Shown: positions 36,325 to 48,539 of the stretch, piece by piece
Layout: the number at the start of each line of letters is the position of its first letter
How positions within the stretch are numbered: the first letter of the stretch is position 1
Assembly (NCBI GenBank): GCA_002104905.1
Contig: MCFE01000554.1
Location: 1 to 58,824, forward strand
DNA length: 58,824 bases
Source: Basidiobolus meristosporus CBS 931.73
Taxonomy: Eukaryota > Fungi > Basidiobolomycota
Direction: 5' to 3'
The notes under the pieces: model-generated
What the model was told of the DNA's origin: nothing
Databases searched by the model: none
Seen by the model: the letters and a program-made list of their open reading frames with translations, nothing else
Made by a program: the position numbers and the translations under genes

Positions 36325-39300
36325 CAAACTTCTTCCAAGTGCTATGTCTCAGCAATACAAAGTTCCCAACTGACAATGCATCTGGGGATATAGTTTTATC
36401 AAATCTCTGCTTCAGCTTTTCAGCACTTTGAGATACTTTGAACTGTGCCTCTAGACATCTCTGTCACAGCTGCTAGTGTCTACTTGGCTGACTGAGCTCA
36501 TCTTCTAAGGCATCTGTAAGCTTTGATTGTTTGAGATCTCCTGAAATCCTTGGTGTACATCCATCTACTAAGTGCAATGGCAATTGCTGAGAGCTGTAGT
36601 GCACTCTAATTCTGCAGGCAATAAGCTCTTGGTCTATATGCTCATCCCATCTACTGACAGCTCCATTTAAACACTTGGCCAGCATTTTTCCTACAATTCA
36701 TTCTACCACTTGGTGGCTCCATGTGATTTAAGGTTGATATGCCAAGGTTCTTAGGTGTTTGATCTGCTGCATTTCCAGATAAGCTTTTGATGTTTTGCCA
36801 TAAAGTTGGCTCCACTATTTGATAGAATCTCCACAGGATATCTAAGCTCCATAGGGATCTCTTGGTAGATGAAACTTATAACCTCTTGTTTACTGGCTAC
36901 AGGTACAGCGTTATCCACTTACCATCTAGAGAAATGATCAATTACTAGCAGGATACAATGGTTATATTTCCTGGAGGTAGGTGGTCTTCAAATAAAGTCA
37001 ATTTTCTAACTCTAAAATGGTCTGACAGGCTCCAGGGGAAAGAACTCAGCAACTCCCTGTGGTTGGCATTGGTTGATTTGGCAATTTGGGCATAATTTCA
37101 CTGGCTTCTTAATGTCTTGTCTCATTCTGAGCCACCATGCTGGGGCTATCACAAGGTCACATGTTCCTTCAATTCCATGATGTCCACATCCATTGTGTAG
37201 CTTATGTACTCAATACAGGCAAGCAACATAAGGGCAATAGGCAATAGGGCTTTCATCACCTCATCCTGTACTACAAACTTGCTGGCTTCATCCTGGATTA
37301 TTGTCTTGATCTATTCATCCACCTCATTAGGAATAGCTTGGTCCTCCACGTACTTTAGTAATAAGCTAGGCTGATCTGATTTGTGCACCAAGTTAAGTTA
37401 TGCAACTTGTCCTTGTCTTCATGAGGCATCCGCAACTATGTAGTTTTTTGAGAGCAGTAAATAATCTCCAATTCAAATTGTTAAATGTATCCATTCCATC
37501 TTGTTGTTCTTCTGAATAGTACTTGCTGAGTAATATATACTTGAGCATGGTGCAATTAGTCTTTGCAGTGCACACAACTCCTTCAATTTAGCATCTCCAG
37601 GTCTTCAAGCAGTGTATTATGGTAAGCATCTCCTTCTCAGGCACTGGATAGTTTTGTTTTGCTGAGTTCAGCTTCTTGGACTCAAAAGCAACTGTATAGT
37701 CCTTTCCTTTGTGCTCTTGGCTCAGTACTCTACCAATTAAATAGTCTGCAGTATCTGTGCTTAGAGTAAACTCTTTTCTGAAGTCTGCAATTCTTGAGCT
37801 TTGCAGCTTTGCAGGTTCATTCTTGAGTATCTGAAAGGCAGTCTCATAGGCTATTTCTCACTTCAGGGTTTTGTCTTTCTTGACAATATCAGCTAAAGGG
37901 ACAGCAATACTTGCAAAGGACTTGACAAATCTCCAACACTAGGAAATCATTCCAAGAAGTGATCTGAGTTCTGATGTGCTATGGGGCTGCTTCAGATTCT
38001 TAATGGTTTCAACTTCCTAGGGGTCTAAGGATGCTTCTGTGCTAGTCACTCTGTGTCCCAGGTATTCAACATGGGCCTTCAGGAATTCACACTTTTCTAG
38101 CTTGCCATAGAGCTTGTTCTCTCTCAGCTTCTTCAAGACCTTTTCAATATGCACCAAACGTTCCTCTTCTGTCTTGTTGTATGACAGTATGTTGTCTAGG
38201 TTGATTACCACAAAACTGTCTCATTACAATAAGATGATTTGCATTAAGGTCATGAATATTGCAGGGGCATTGGTGAGGCCAAAACTCATGACTAAGTACT
38301 TGTAATGTCCATATCTGGTCCTGAATGCCATCTTAGGGATATCTCCTGGCTTTACCCTAATCTGGTTGTATCCTGACATGAGGTCAATCTTGCTGAATAT
38401 GATGGCTCAATTAAGTTGGTCCAAAAGCTCATCAATCCAAGGTATGAGGTGCCTATTTGTGACAATAACTGAATTGAGAGCTCTGTAGTCAATACACATC
38501 CTAAGTGCTCCATCCTCCTTTCTCACAAGGGCACTGGTGCTCCCAAGGACACTTGCAGGGTCTGATATATCCTTGCTCAAATAACTGATCAATTGGTTGC
38601 TACATCTTTTCCAACTCTTTTGAACACATTCTATAAGCTGTCTTATTCACTGGTGGGACATCTCCTATTAATGACATGATTGACATCCTTGACTGGTGGT
38701 AGGCTTGCAAGTTCATCTGGAATCACAATTGAATGTTCTCAAAAAAGAGTCTGGACCTTCTGGGGTGCTGGAGTAGAGGAATCCTCCTGTAATACCATCA
38801 TGGGGAGCATCAGGGCACCTTTTCTGAGTGCTCTACAGAGCTGTGTCTTGCTAAACTCACTTGTTCCAAACAGACTGGATTTGACCAAGTTGAAATCCAG
38901 CTTGGCAGGTAATAGCTCAAAGGTCTTGTTGTCCTTCTGAATCTGAGTAGCATGGGTACTCCATTAATTGATGGATTACACTAAAATAGCCAGGTTTTTC
39001 AAGTACAAGATCAAACTTGCAGTTTCCAAATATATAGGCTTGTAGGTCTTCTTCAAAGTCACTAATCTTCATTCTTACTGGCTGAATAATAAGGCTGATT
39101 ATGTGCAAGTTCCCATCTGCAACTGAAACTAGAGCTGATTTGGTAGGTTCTCAGTTGATTCCAGCTTTTAAGGCAAATTACTCTGACATGTGCTCATGTG
39201 ATGCTTCTGAGTCAATCATGATATTGGCAGGTTCTCTTTTAATTGCTCCATTCAAATATGACAGCTTCCCTGAGTTTGAGGTCATTTGGGACATATATTG

Positions 39301-40171
39301 TTCTGTCATATGGAAAGTAAGCTTTGAGTCTTCTTTCCAGCTCATCCTCCATGTTACTGTGCCCAAAGGCTTCAATGTGGTTAAAGGTTCTTTTTGACTG
39401 GTGTCTGTTTCTTCTCTGAGGGCAGTACTTTGCAATATGACCTTGCTGGTGCCAATCAAAGCCAGTCCTTTCTTCTTACATTCTTCTGAGGTAGAATACT
39501 TCTGCATAGCATCTATATCCATTGGCACTGCTTCTGATTGTCTTCTCTCATAGTAATTATAGCCTTTCTAATTAGTCATTGTAGGCCTCCCAACTCCAAA
39601 CATAGCTGAGTCATAGTCAATGGCAATCTTGATGGCTTCTTCGGTAGTTTTTCCTTGTAACTGCTGGCTGAGGATCTGGATTAACTGTTGCTGATGAGCT
39701 AGTATTTGCTGCATAGCATTCTTTCATTCTTGAGTCTCAGACATCTAAAGGGTGGCTTTGACTTTCTTTGCATGGAAGGTTTGTGATTATTACTGCTACC
39801 AGTGTTACAAGCCATGATAAAAGAGTTGCAGAGGACTAGGGAGTTTAGCTACAACTTTAGTCACTAAGGCTTGAATTGATCTCTATTGAGGTTCCAGCAG
39901 CTCCTTATACATATTTTGCCAGATCAATTGCTGACAAATTGTATCTTCTAATGTAGGTTGTATCTGATGACTCATTTGATTGCAACATCCTCACCCAATT
40001 AGGTCTTGCTTAACATATCTATTTCTGTCTGATACAGATCTGCTGATTCATCTGCTGTCTAATACTACTGATTTGATATTTAACACTGATATACTCATAG
40101 GCTAAACATAAAGCTAGTTGATCTGATTAAGAACTGATCTAACTTAAGCATTTAAGCGGTAGATTTTCACA
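36325..40171 (-). mobile_element. Gypsy-C second copy (5' LTR to integrase end), no 3' LTR
   Basis: LTR 39803-40171 and PBS TGGTAGCAG (39793-39801, minus). IMIDSEASH protease, RT pieces 38017-38592, RNase H, and integrase pieces 36473-36685. Inverted homolog of 28283-32878. Confidence 0.9.
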
Positions 40172-41450
40172 GGGCAAAAACTTTAATGATGTTTTAGTTG
40201 CCTTCTTGTGCACCTTGATTGGCATTAGTATAGCAATACACTGGCATAAAGGTAGTTCTGTATTAAGCCACCATATCATATTACTGAGTAGTATGTTCAT
40301 TGCTTACCTCCCCTTGCTCTGTTGATACATTACATTGTACAATCACCTTTCTTTATTTGCTTGTCCACTACTACCATAGTTAATCACAAATAGCAAAAAT
40401 CAACAGATGTTATGGCCTTTAGGTTACTGACCTCTACATATGTACACACCTGCTACAATTGACACACTTTTATCACCTCAGCTTTACAGCTTTTCAGTGT
40501 GCTACTTGCAAAGTTGCCATTAGCTCTTTATGACTTGAAGCATATACACATTGCAAACATGTACTGGGTTGCCACCACTTTTGCCACACATACCTTCTGA
40601 GTATCTGCAAAGAGCCTTTTGGTACTTAGCCAGAATTTCTTCTCCTTGCTGGATTTTAGTATTTCTTATGGGAGCACTCTAAGTCATGTTTGCTTGAATT
40701 CCAAATTGCATAGTGCACAAAATTGACTTGTGATCTGGAGAAGTCTGGCATACTTTGTTAAACTTGTCCTAATCAATACCAGTTGCTTGTTGTTTCTAAC
40801 CCAACCTTGCATTACTTGACCAATTACTTACACATTACAGCTACCTGGCTTCTCAATGCCACAGGCATTGGAGTCTCCATATACTTATCTATTTGCAGTT
40901 TTTCCTGCTTTTCCTGGCTTTCCTATGGGTGTCCACTCATCTGATTGATGACAGATCTGAAGGTAACATTTTTGACAAGATTTGGTTATGGTAGTGTCAA
41001 TAACTTGACTTGTCTTTGCATCTTGCCACACAGCAGCTATAACAGAAAAATTCAAAAGGTTAAGTGAGGGATAAAATTCTCCACATACTAAGCAAGATGG
41101 AGTATAGAATGGACAGAGCTGTAGCAGAGATCTACAGGTTGAGCTTTATGCTTGTAGTATGACCACCCAAAGCCAGTTACAAGCTCCTTGCATAAAAGCT
41201 GTAGGCATGCAAATGGGCATTGGTGATCCACTTCTGTATATATTTTCCTACAGTATCAACATGTGACCCCCAATGCTTCCAATGTACTCTTGGTAGAGAT
41301 GTCTTTCAAAAGCCACTTCTAAAAATACCTATCAAGCTCATCCAGTCCTTGAATTTGTATTATTGCTTATGCATATGAATGTCTATAGGAGCTTGTAAGT
41401 AGTATCTTGGGTAGCAGGTACTTGGTAATGTCATGCCAGTCCTTTCAAAA
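40172..41450 (-). pseudogene. EnSpm-like transposase C-terminal half (DUF4218-like region) and 3' flank
   Basis: Minus strand gives APIDIHMHKQ*YKFKDW...YYKHKAQPVDLCYSSVHSILHLA, the Tnp2-type K-x-x-E/D-W and H-x-x-L-H pattern. Homologous to 1-850. Confidence 0.68.
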
Positions 41451-41809
41451 CTTTCTAATATCTTGTAGATCTTATTTCAGCCAAAATGCCCCATGTACAA
41501 CTTGTGCATCAGTAAAGGGAAATTGTTGAAGAGCAAATGCATTGCCCCCCCCCCGCAGTGAAAGCTTTTGCTACAACAGGTTTTATCTATTTCAAGTAAC
41601 TTCAGCTTTTGATTAATTGCATACTCAGTTCAATGGCTTATAGCTGTATAGCTTTGCTACAATGTTTGTTATCATTTGTACATTCTCTCTCCAAGAAGCT
41701 GATGTTGTCAGTGTTGGTGCTTCCACAATAATCAAGATTGTGAGTGATGGAGTAAATCCCCTAGATCACAAAAATTTGATGGCAATACTATCCATTATGC
41801 CTAGAACCA

Positions 41810-42535
41810 GCAGCTATTTTGCTGATGTCCAGAGTATCTTGTTGCAAAATCAATCAAGGTCAACCACAGAGAGTTGCCAAACTCTTTCCCTTGGGGTCTG
41901 TGAGGACACTTGAAATATGGGATATTGACTTTATTGGAAGGCTGCCCATCACTATCAAATGCAATTTGGGGTTTTAGTTGCAATCAATTATGCCACCAAT
42001 TGCTTAGAGCTGTACTAGTAGTTGGTGAACAAGAAGGTGCAAATTTCATCTATCATGAGTTCCTGATGAAGCTTGAATGCACTGTGGAATTGTATTTGAT
42101 AGAGAAACAAGTTTATGGCAAGAAAATTGAAAGTCTACCTGGAAATGCAGTAGGTCAAATATCTGAAAGCTTTGGTATATCACCCAAAATTAATGGAGTC
42201 ACTGAGCAGTTCAGTGATTTATTGGGAACAAAGCCAACCAAGTAGGTAAATAAAGCTGTAAGTAGATGCAATGAGTATGTTGACAAGGGACTGTTTGCCT
42301 GCAGATTCAGGGTGCACAACACAACCCAACAATTGCTATTTTACTTGGTGTATGGACATGAAACAAGAATACTAGGAGATCTCAATCAGCCAAAACTCAC
42401 TGACAACTTGGGGAATGAGCTTAGTTAGCTTAATACACACAAACTATAAGAACAGAAATTTCAGGAGGCACAGGCCACAGTCTCTAAGTGTGTAGGAAAG
42501 AAGAAGTAGAAGTTTGATAAGACTATATCACCTGA
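41810..42535 (+). pseudogene. pol: Gypsy-C-related integrase fragment
   Basis: WDIDFIGRLP...HPKINGVTEQF...RCNEYVDKGLFACRFRVH. Homologous to 32450-32878 and 36400-37100. Confidence 0.75.
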
Positions 42536-42550
42536 GGCTTGGATATTTAG

Positions 42551-42997
42551 CTACATCAGTAAAGAGACTGCAAAGCTCAGAAGGATCCAATCTAAGTTCC
42601 ACAAGAAAACTTCCACTTTTCTGTTGGAAAAGTCCCCTCTAAAAAGCATCTTTACTCTAAAGACACTCCTTTAGTCTAAAGACCACTTTGGAGACCCCTT
42701 CAAGAAGCCCCTCTAGTGTAAAGTTCACTTTAGAGACCACTGTAAGAAGCCCCTTTACTCTAAAGAAACCCATTTAAGTCTAACTACCCCTTTAGAGACT
42801 CCTAAACTAAGCTTTTATGGGTTAAAGGGGAGCTCAGAATTTCATGTTAGGCAATATTATCTCAAGAAGAAAGGCAACTCCTAAATAAGTAAGGCCACTA
42901 TAAAAGAAAAAAAGCCAAAAAGTTGAAACAAGGTCAGAACACTGCTGTAGAAGTGAGAAACACTGCCTACAGTATACTTTGAGTCTAAGATTGAGGA
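42551..42997. repeat. Repeat G (copy 2)
   Basis: Colinear with 1699-2127, with the same two boundaries. Confidence 0.8.
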
Positions 42998-43009
42998 TAT
43001 CATGTATTG

Positions 43010-45515
43010 TCTCAAAGCATATTGAGATTTTGCCTAGCTGATGCAGGGTACAGTTGAGAGGTGGGATGGTCTAACAACCCATCAGTGTGCATTCTTCTTC
43101 AGATCTATCACTCTGCAGGCCATATTCAGATGGCTGAGGTGAGCATAAAGGAGTCACATACAACCTGACTCAGTTTTCAACATGTAACAGGTGCAGCCAA
43201 ATACTGCTACAGAAGCATTAGGTGGCCAACAAGTTACTGTTAGCCCAGTAGTGCCTGATTAATGTTCAAATGTGACTTTTGTTACAAAACACTGTCTTCA
43301 TTTTTTGAGACAATTCCTATGCTGTCTTTGTACTGCAAGGTGAGAGGCTTGTTACAATACACACATAGCTTTTTCTCTTCTCTTATGGTGTAGAATAAAA
43401 ATGATCTCACCCATGTGGCAAACAGCTTGACACCCAAGAACATATTGCCATTATATCACTACTTTGTCAGTACCCAGGTGAGTTTAAGACATTCTTGTAT
43501 ACAAGGCATTGCACCTATATCAATGCAAGATTCAATTGGGACTCACTATAGTAGCAATATATAAAGTTGTGGCATCACCTACATGCATGTATGCAGCTCT
43601 GTTTTCCTTGCTTTGACCCATTCCAAATATATGACACCAAAAGTAAGACAAAGTTATCTGCTCCAAGCTAAGCCCCACTGACAACAGCAGCAGAAGAATA
43701 GTTGGACCATAGCTTGATATGAATTTCAGTGCAACAAGCAGGGCTACACCCAAAAAAGGCCATGTTATTCATGTACCTGCTGAAGGTAGTAACAAGTACT
43801 CCTCAGGCTCTTATACAAGTAGGCAACTGAGAATTGCTGCTGAGCCACAAGCTGAGCACAATGCTCTAGTAGATGGAAATGCATCAAATGCAGTACTTCA
43901 GTGGAAGACCAGCAAGTGTCTTCATAACATTCTCCCCACTAGTGTTAGCAAGTTTATAGTCAGCTCATACCAAGGCATTAATGAGGCAATTAGGTGCAGT
44001 TGCCGGTGGTATAGATGCATTAGCCTAGAGAAATTAAGAAACTGTCCAAAGATAAGGTGTGTATATAATATGTAGAGCAGTCAGTATATAAGGAAGAGAA
44101 CATAGTATCTTTGCTACAAAAAGGAGCTTAAGTAGCTCAAAGTCACATTCAAGAATGAAGCAATTTACCAATGTAATAGCAGAGGATCATTGCTCAGTCT
44201 TTGAAGCCCAATACAGGTACATAAAGATGAAGCCCACTGACAATGCTATCCCATGACAGGAGTTTGCAATTCAGATACTGATACCAAAGCCTTAACATTG
44301 AACAATACTAAAGATATGTGAAGCTGTTGAATGCAACAATGATGAGTGGGCCAATGCTCAGAAGGCCTCAGCTGTATAGTGTGCCGTCACCTTAAGTCTG
44401 GCATGCCATGAGGCCATCAGGAACTCAATGCCAGGCATAATGCGCTTGACCTTCCTTATGAGTATTGTCTCATATTCAGATAAGCCAACAGATTTTGGGC
44501 CAGTATTGGTATGCCAAGAAAGTTTCTCAAGAATAGCAGATGCTTGCAAATGCAAAGGAATAAGAGTGCAATGATCACTAACTAGCAGCTTACTCAAGAG
44601 CCAGTTATCACCAGGGCAAAAAGCTCTAAATAAGCATCAAAGAATGCCAGCTAGTCAGAGGAGTGCTTTTAATGGACAAACAGGTAGAACTAGATGCACC
44701 AGTACAACATTTCATGTGGAAGAAGTGTAGTTTCACTCAAGAAGCACTCATTTGATGTAGCAGTGCAGGACCTGGCAGTGTTCAAAGCCAGAAGCTTCCT
44801 CAGGAGCATCTCACAAGCATGGATAAATGCTGAAAACAAAAAGTAATGAAACATCAGTTTGCTGGAGGAGTGCCAGTAAGGAACATGCAGGCAAAGTGGA
44901 TACACCAGTGCAGCATTTATCTAGGAGATAATGTAGTAAATACAAGAGGTACTCAGGCAAGGTAGTAGGGAGGGACCTGGCAGTGATAGAGGCAAAAGTA
45001 AAGGGAGAAAACTGCAACCATACCAGAGACAAGGAAGTGTGAGGAAAATGCTGCAGCTATTGCCAATTATTAACATCAGCCCAGAACAAGTGGAATCCAA
45101 AAATAGCCAAGAAGAATTGCTGACACAAAAACAGCTCTTTCTCAATAATTGACGGTGCAGTCAAGTTAGCCAAGCTCCTGTGAGGTATATGAGCTTGTGA
45201 CAAAGGGCAGCTTGAGTACCACCACCTGTAAGCTCTTTACTGTAAGCAGTGTGGAGATCCCACTGACTGGCAAAGCAACAGCATCAAGAACTCAAAAGAT
45301 TCTTACAATGTCTACAGTAGAACTTTGAAACATTAATTGGCACACCAAAAGGTTGCTACACTTTGTCAAGAGCAGTGCTTAACAGCACATACTTGAATAT
45401 TGCAAGGATTTATTGCAAAGACTGGCAGATGAGGTGCTGAACCTTTAGTACCAGTCAAAGACTAGGAAATATGAGAACCTGTTGGTTAACAGTGGCACGA
45501 ACTACTTCTTGTCAA
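43010..45515. mobile_element. EnSpm-like central fragment: transposase N-terminus (-), intergenic region, ORF2 (+)
   Basis: 43010-43420 matches 23190-23610 inverted. 43420-44030 matches 21337-21970. 43719-45515 matches 3260-5045 inverted. Confidence 0.72.
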
Positions 45516-45539
45516 AATCATGCCAGGATCAACTTATCA

Positions 45540-46245
45540 TATATTTGATACAACAGGAAAACTGCCATGCAGCTGGAAACATATAACCCATTAACTGTTT
45601 TGATAACAGCATGTGATAACCAATGTATGGCATTCACATCAGAAAAAGCCACCACTGCAAGGTGTCCATCCTGTCAAGAATCTACCACCATTGGTGGAAA
45701 CATTGATACACTCTAGATTTATTCCAGTGGGACTTGTCTAAGGAAGCTTATGCTGTCCAATAAAGATTGGGAAGCTATAAAGTACTCCTCACAGCTGTCA
45801 TACACAAAGTTTGTGACAGGGTTTGAGCAGCTATACTACATGCATAATGCTGAATGTTTGGATCTCTGCCACCACTGCATCCATTCTCAACTCTATCTAG
45901 CATGGTGTTTGGAGGATAGTTGGCTTTGCTTCACCTTTTGGGAGTTTCCTATAGAGTGGATATGTGTGGCAATAGAAAGATAAGTCAAGAAGCAAGCACT
46001 ACTATACCCCAATCTCATCAAGAATATGATCTTCAAGTTGGTCATGGAATTAATGTATTGGTATGTGGAGGACAGCCAGGAAGAGCTGGGATTTACTGAG
46101 TGGGGATGTACACATGGAGAAACCTATGCCTTTGACATTAAGAAGCTAAGCAGCCCCAATGCATGGGTAGTCAGTCAAGTAATGTAAAGTTAGGTTGGAT
46201 AAAACAAGCAACTAGTTGTTATTAGGACAACTTTAGCAAAGTATG
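45540..46245 (+). pseudogene. EnSpm-like transposase, internally deleted fragment
   Basis: ORF 45750-45983 ends CHHCIHSQLYLAWCLEDSWLCFTFWEFPIEWIC. Downstream sequence matches 1-300. Confidence 0.75.
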
Positions 46246-46292
46246 CTGAGCTTCTATTGGGTACAAGCTGGTTTCTTCACTATTCAATATGC

Positions 46293-48400
46293 TGTAGTGG
46301 GGTCACAGTGACACCCACTGACAGATGTGCTCATTTGCATACTTTCTACTTCCCTTTTTTCTACTACCCTTATATTAGTTTTATCACATTTGTCTTACTT
46401 GATCAGTACTCTACCATAAGGCAGCTGACTATGATATGTGCTACCATAATGTATAAGTTATCCCCACTTTATGTAAGATTACTGGATGTTGGTATTTCTA
46501 TATTAGGCAGTTACCAAAGCCAGTACCTGTAACACATGACCAAACTGCATCACTATTCATACCATTTTCATACCATATATGGTATTGCTATGTTACACAG
46601 GTTCCAGAACACTGATCCCTGATTGGTTGAATTTGCTGTGCCTCTTAGAGCCTTCCAGCAGCTACTTAGAACATTCTTAGCTCATTCTGATGTCATCAAG
46701 ATTTCTATTTGACCACCAAAACCTTCTGGAACACCATGGTTAGTAATCTCTTTGGTAGTGAGAAAAGTATTTAAGGTGGCAATCCCTCAACAATAAATCA
46801 TCATCCCTTTTATCAATATGCCAAATTGTTGATTAGTGTGATCACTGCCACCTGCTATTGTCCAAACTTCCATTCCCAGACCACAGGACACTCCAAGAAA
46901 ACTGCGCTGACAGCCAACTGACCTTAGAGGCACTACTTGTGAGAAATACTCAGAGTAGGTATCTTGTATCATATTTGATTCTTTCCCAAGTTTGTTCTTG
47001 TACAGTCCAAGATACAGAGCTTAGTCAATTATACAGTTTGATGCTGATGGAATGCTTGCTGACAAGGAAGGGAGAAGGATCCCTTCCAATTTCCAAAGAG
47101 GAGGGATGAGAGTCCTTTTCTGGAAATCCAACTCAGCAACCAGAATGATTACAGTTGATGCCACTGTTGGGACTCATACAGTGAGAACAAGCAGCCCTAA
47201 TAACAGATAATACAAAGTTGATACCTTTGCTACCAAAAGACACCTTCCTGAAGAACCTGTCAAACACATCCTAAGAAGACCGCAATTTGAAGATCCTGAT
47301 GTTGTCATTGGCAAGAAGCCTAGTTTACTGCCCACCCAAGATCCATTATCTCACTTTTGGAGACATCAAAGATAGCAAGCTACTCAAGCCCTCAACTGAT
47401 TACTGAGAAGCTGTTGAAACAGAGCCTCACTTTGTTGGTTGGAGAGATCACAAGTGTATCCCCATCTGTTAGGAATACCTTTGATAAGTGGCTTAGAGCA
47501 AGACAACAAGCTGCTGAGCACATGTACACTCATATAACTCAGACAAGCTGTGAAGACCACAAAAAGTAAGATGACAGTACTCGGTATAAGATTTCTTACT
47601 CTGTTTCAACTGCTGTGGTAAAAGGATACATATATGATGACCCTGTTGACTGCCATATTGAGAGTTAATCAGATATTTGCATGATGCTGCTAGACTTCTG
47701 GAAGACACTTAGAAGCAAAGAGCTACTGCCTATTGATAGAGTTGTTGGATGGAACATCACTGATGCAAACTCAGGATCTAGTCCACTCTATGGTGTGGTA
47801 CACAAGTTTCCTATTGAGGTACAAGATATGAAGGTCTGGCTTCCCCTCTTTATCTGCCAGAAGGCAAACTTTGGCCTTCTGCTAGGTATGCCAAGGGAAG
47901 CCAGTACTAAGGCCACAATTACCAACTATTCCAATGGGTCAGTGTGGTATACTATACAAGGATCAGACCCAGGACTAAAGTCCACCTTCTGTGGTGTTAC
48001 ATTCAACAATAAGTGAACACATACTGCCTACCAGAAGACACACCATGCTATAGAAGAAGACAAGGAGCCTGACAATATACACCCCAACATTTGGAGCTGC
48101 TCATTAAGTATGCAATAGCAGACAGTCATAGTTCAAACAAAATACAAGACAGTTGAACAGAAGATTAGACCATCACTTACCCCTTTGACCAATGGATCTC
48201 AACCTGCAAATTACATCTGATCACCAGAAGATATACAACTTACTTGTGTGGTCTGAACCAGAGAAGTCAATGTTGGATCTATTTGAGTTCTTGCCAAATG
48301 ATTTTTGCATAGCCCATGTATCTATGATGAGCCTTCATACAGATATTTGGGCACTAATATGTCAAAAGAAATCCAGTGGTGATGACAGGACTGATGAGAA
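46293..48400 (+). mobile_element. Diverged relative of element D (LTR-like segment, gag 3' part, protease, start of pol)
   Basis: TGTAGTGGGGTC... and 46520-46850 align with the D LTR. 47250-48010 aligns with 7720-8530 (ORF 47681-48016). The frame continues to TKYKTVEQKIRP at ~48137-48172. Confidence 0.7.
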
Positions 48401-48539
48401 AAGACCATTCAGATGAGTGTATCATATAAAGATTGTGCAATAGTTGCAGTTGATTGAGTTGAATTAATCTAGTGCCATCAGTGTAGCTTATCTGATTTCC
48501 CATGCTTTATGATTAATTCTCCATCAATTGTCATGTGTC

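Noticed and set aside
41545-41554. Poly-C tract and (TA)n runs at ~10578 and ~17496
   Set aside because: Simple low-complexity sequence; the TA runs are part of the Gypsy-B LTR.
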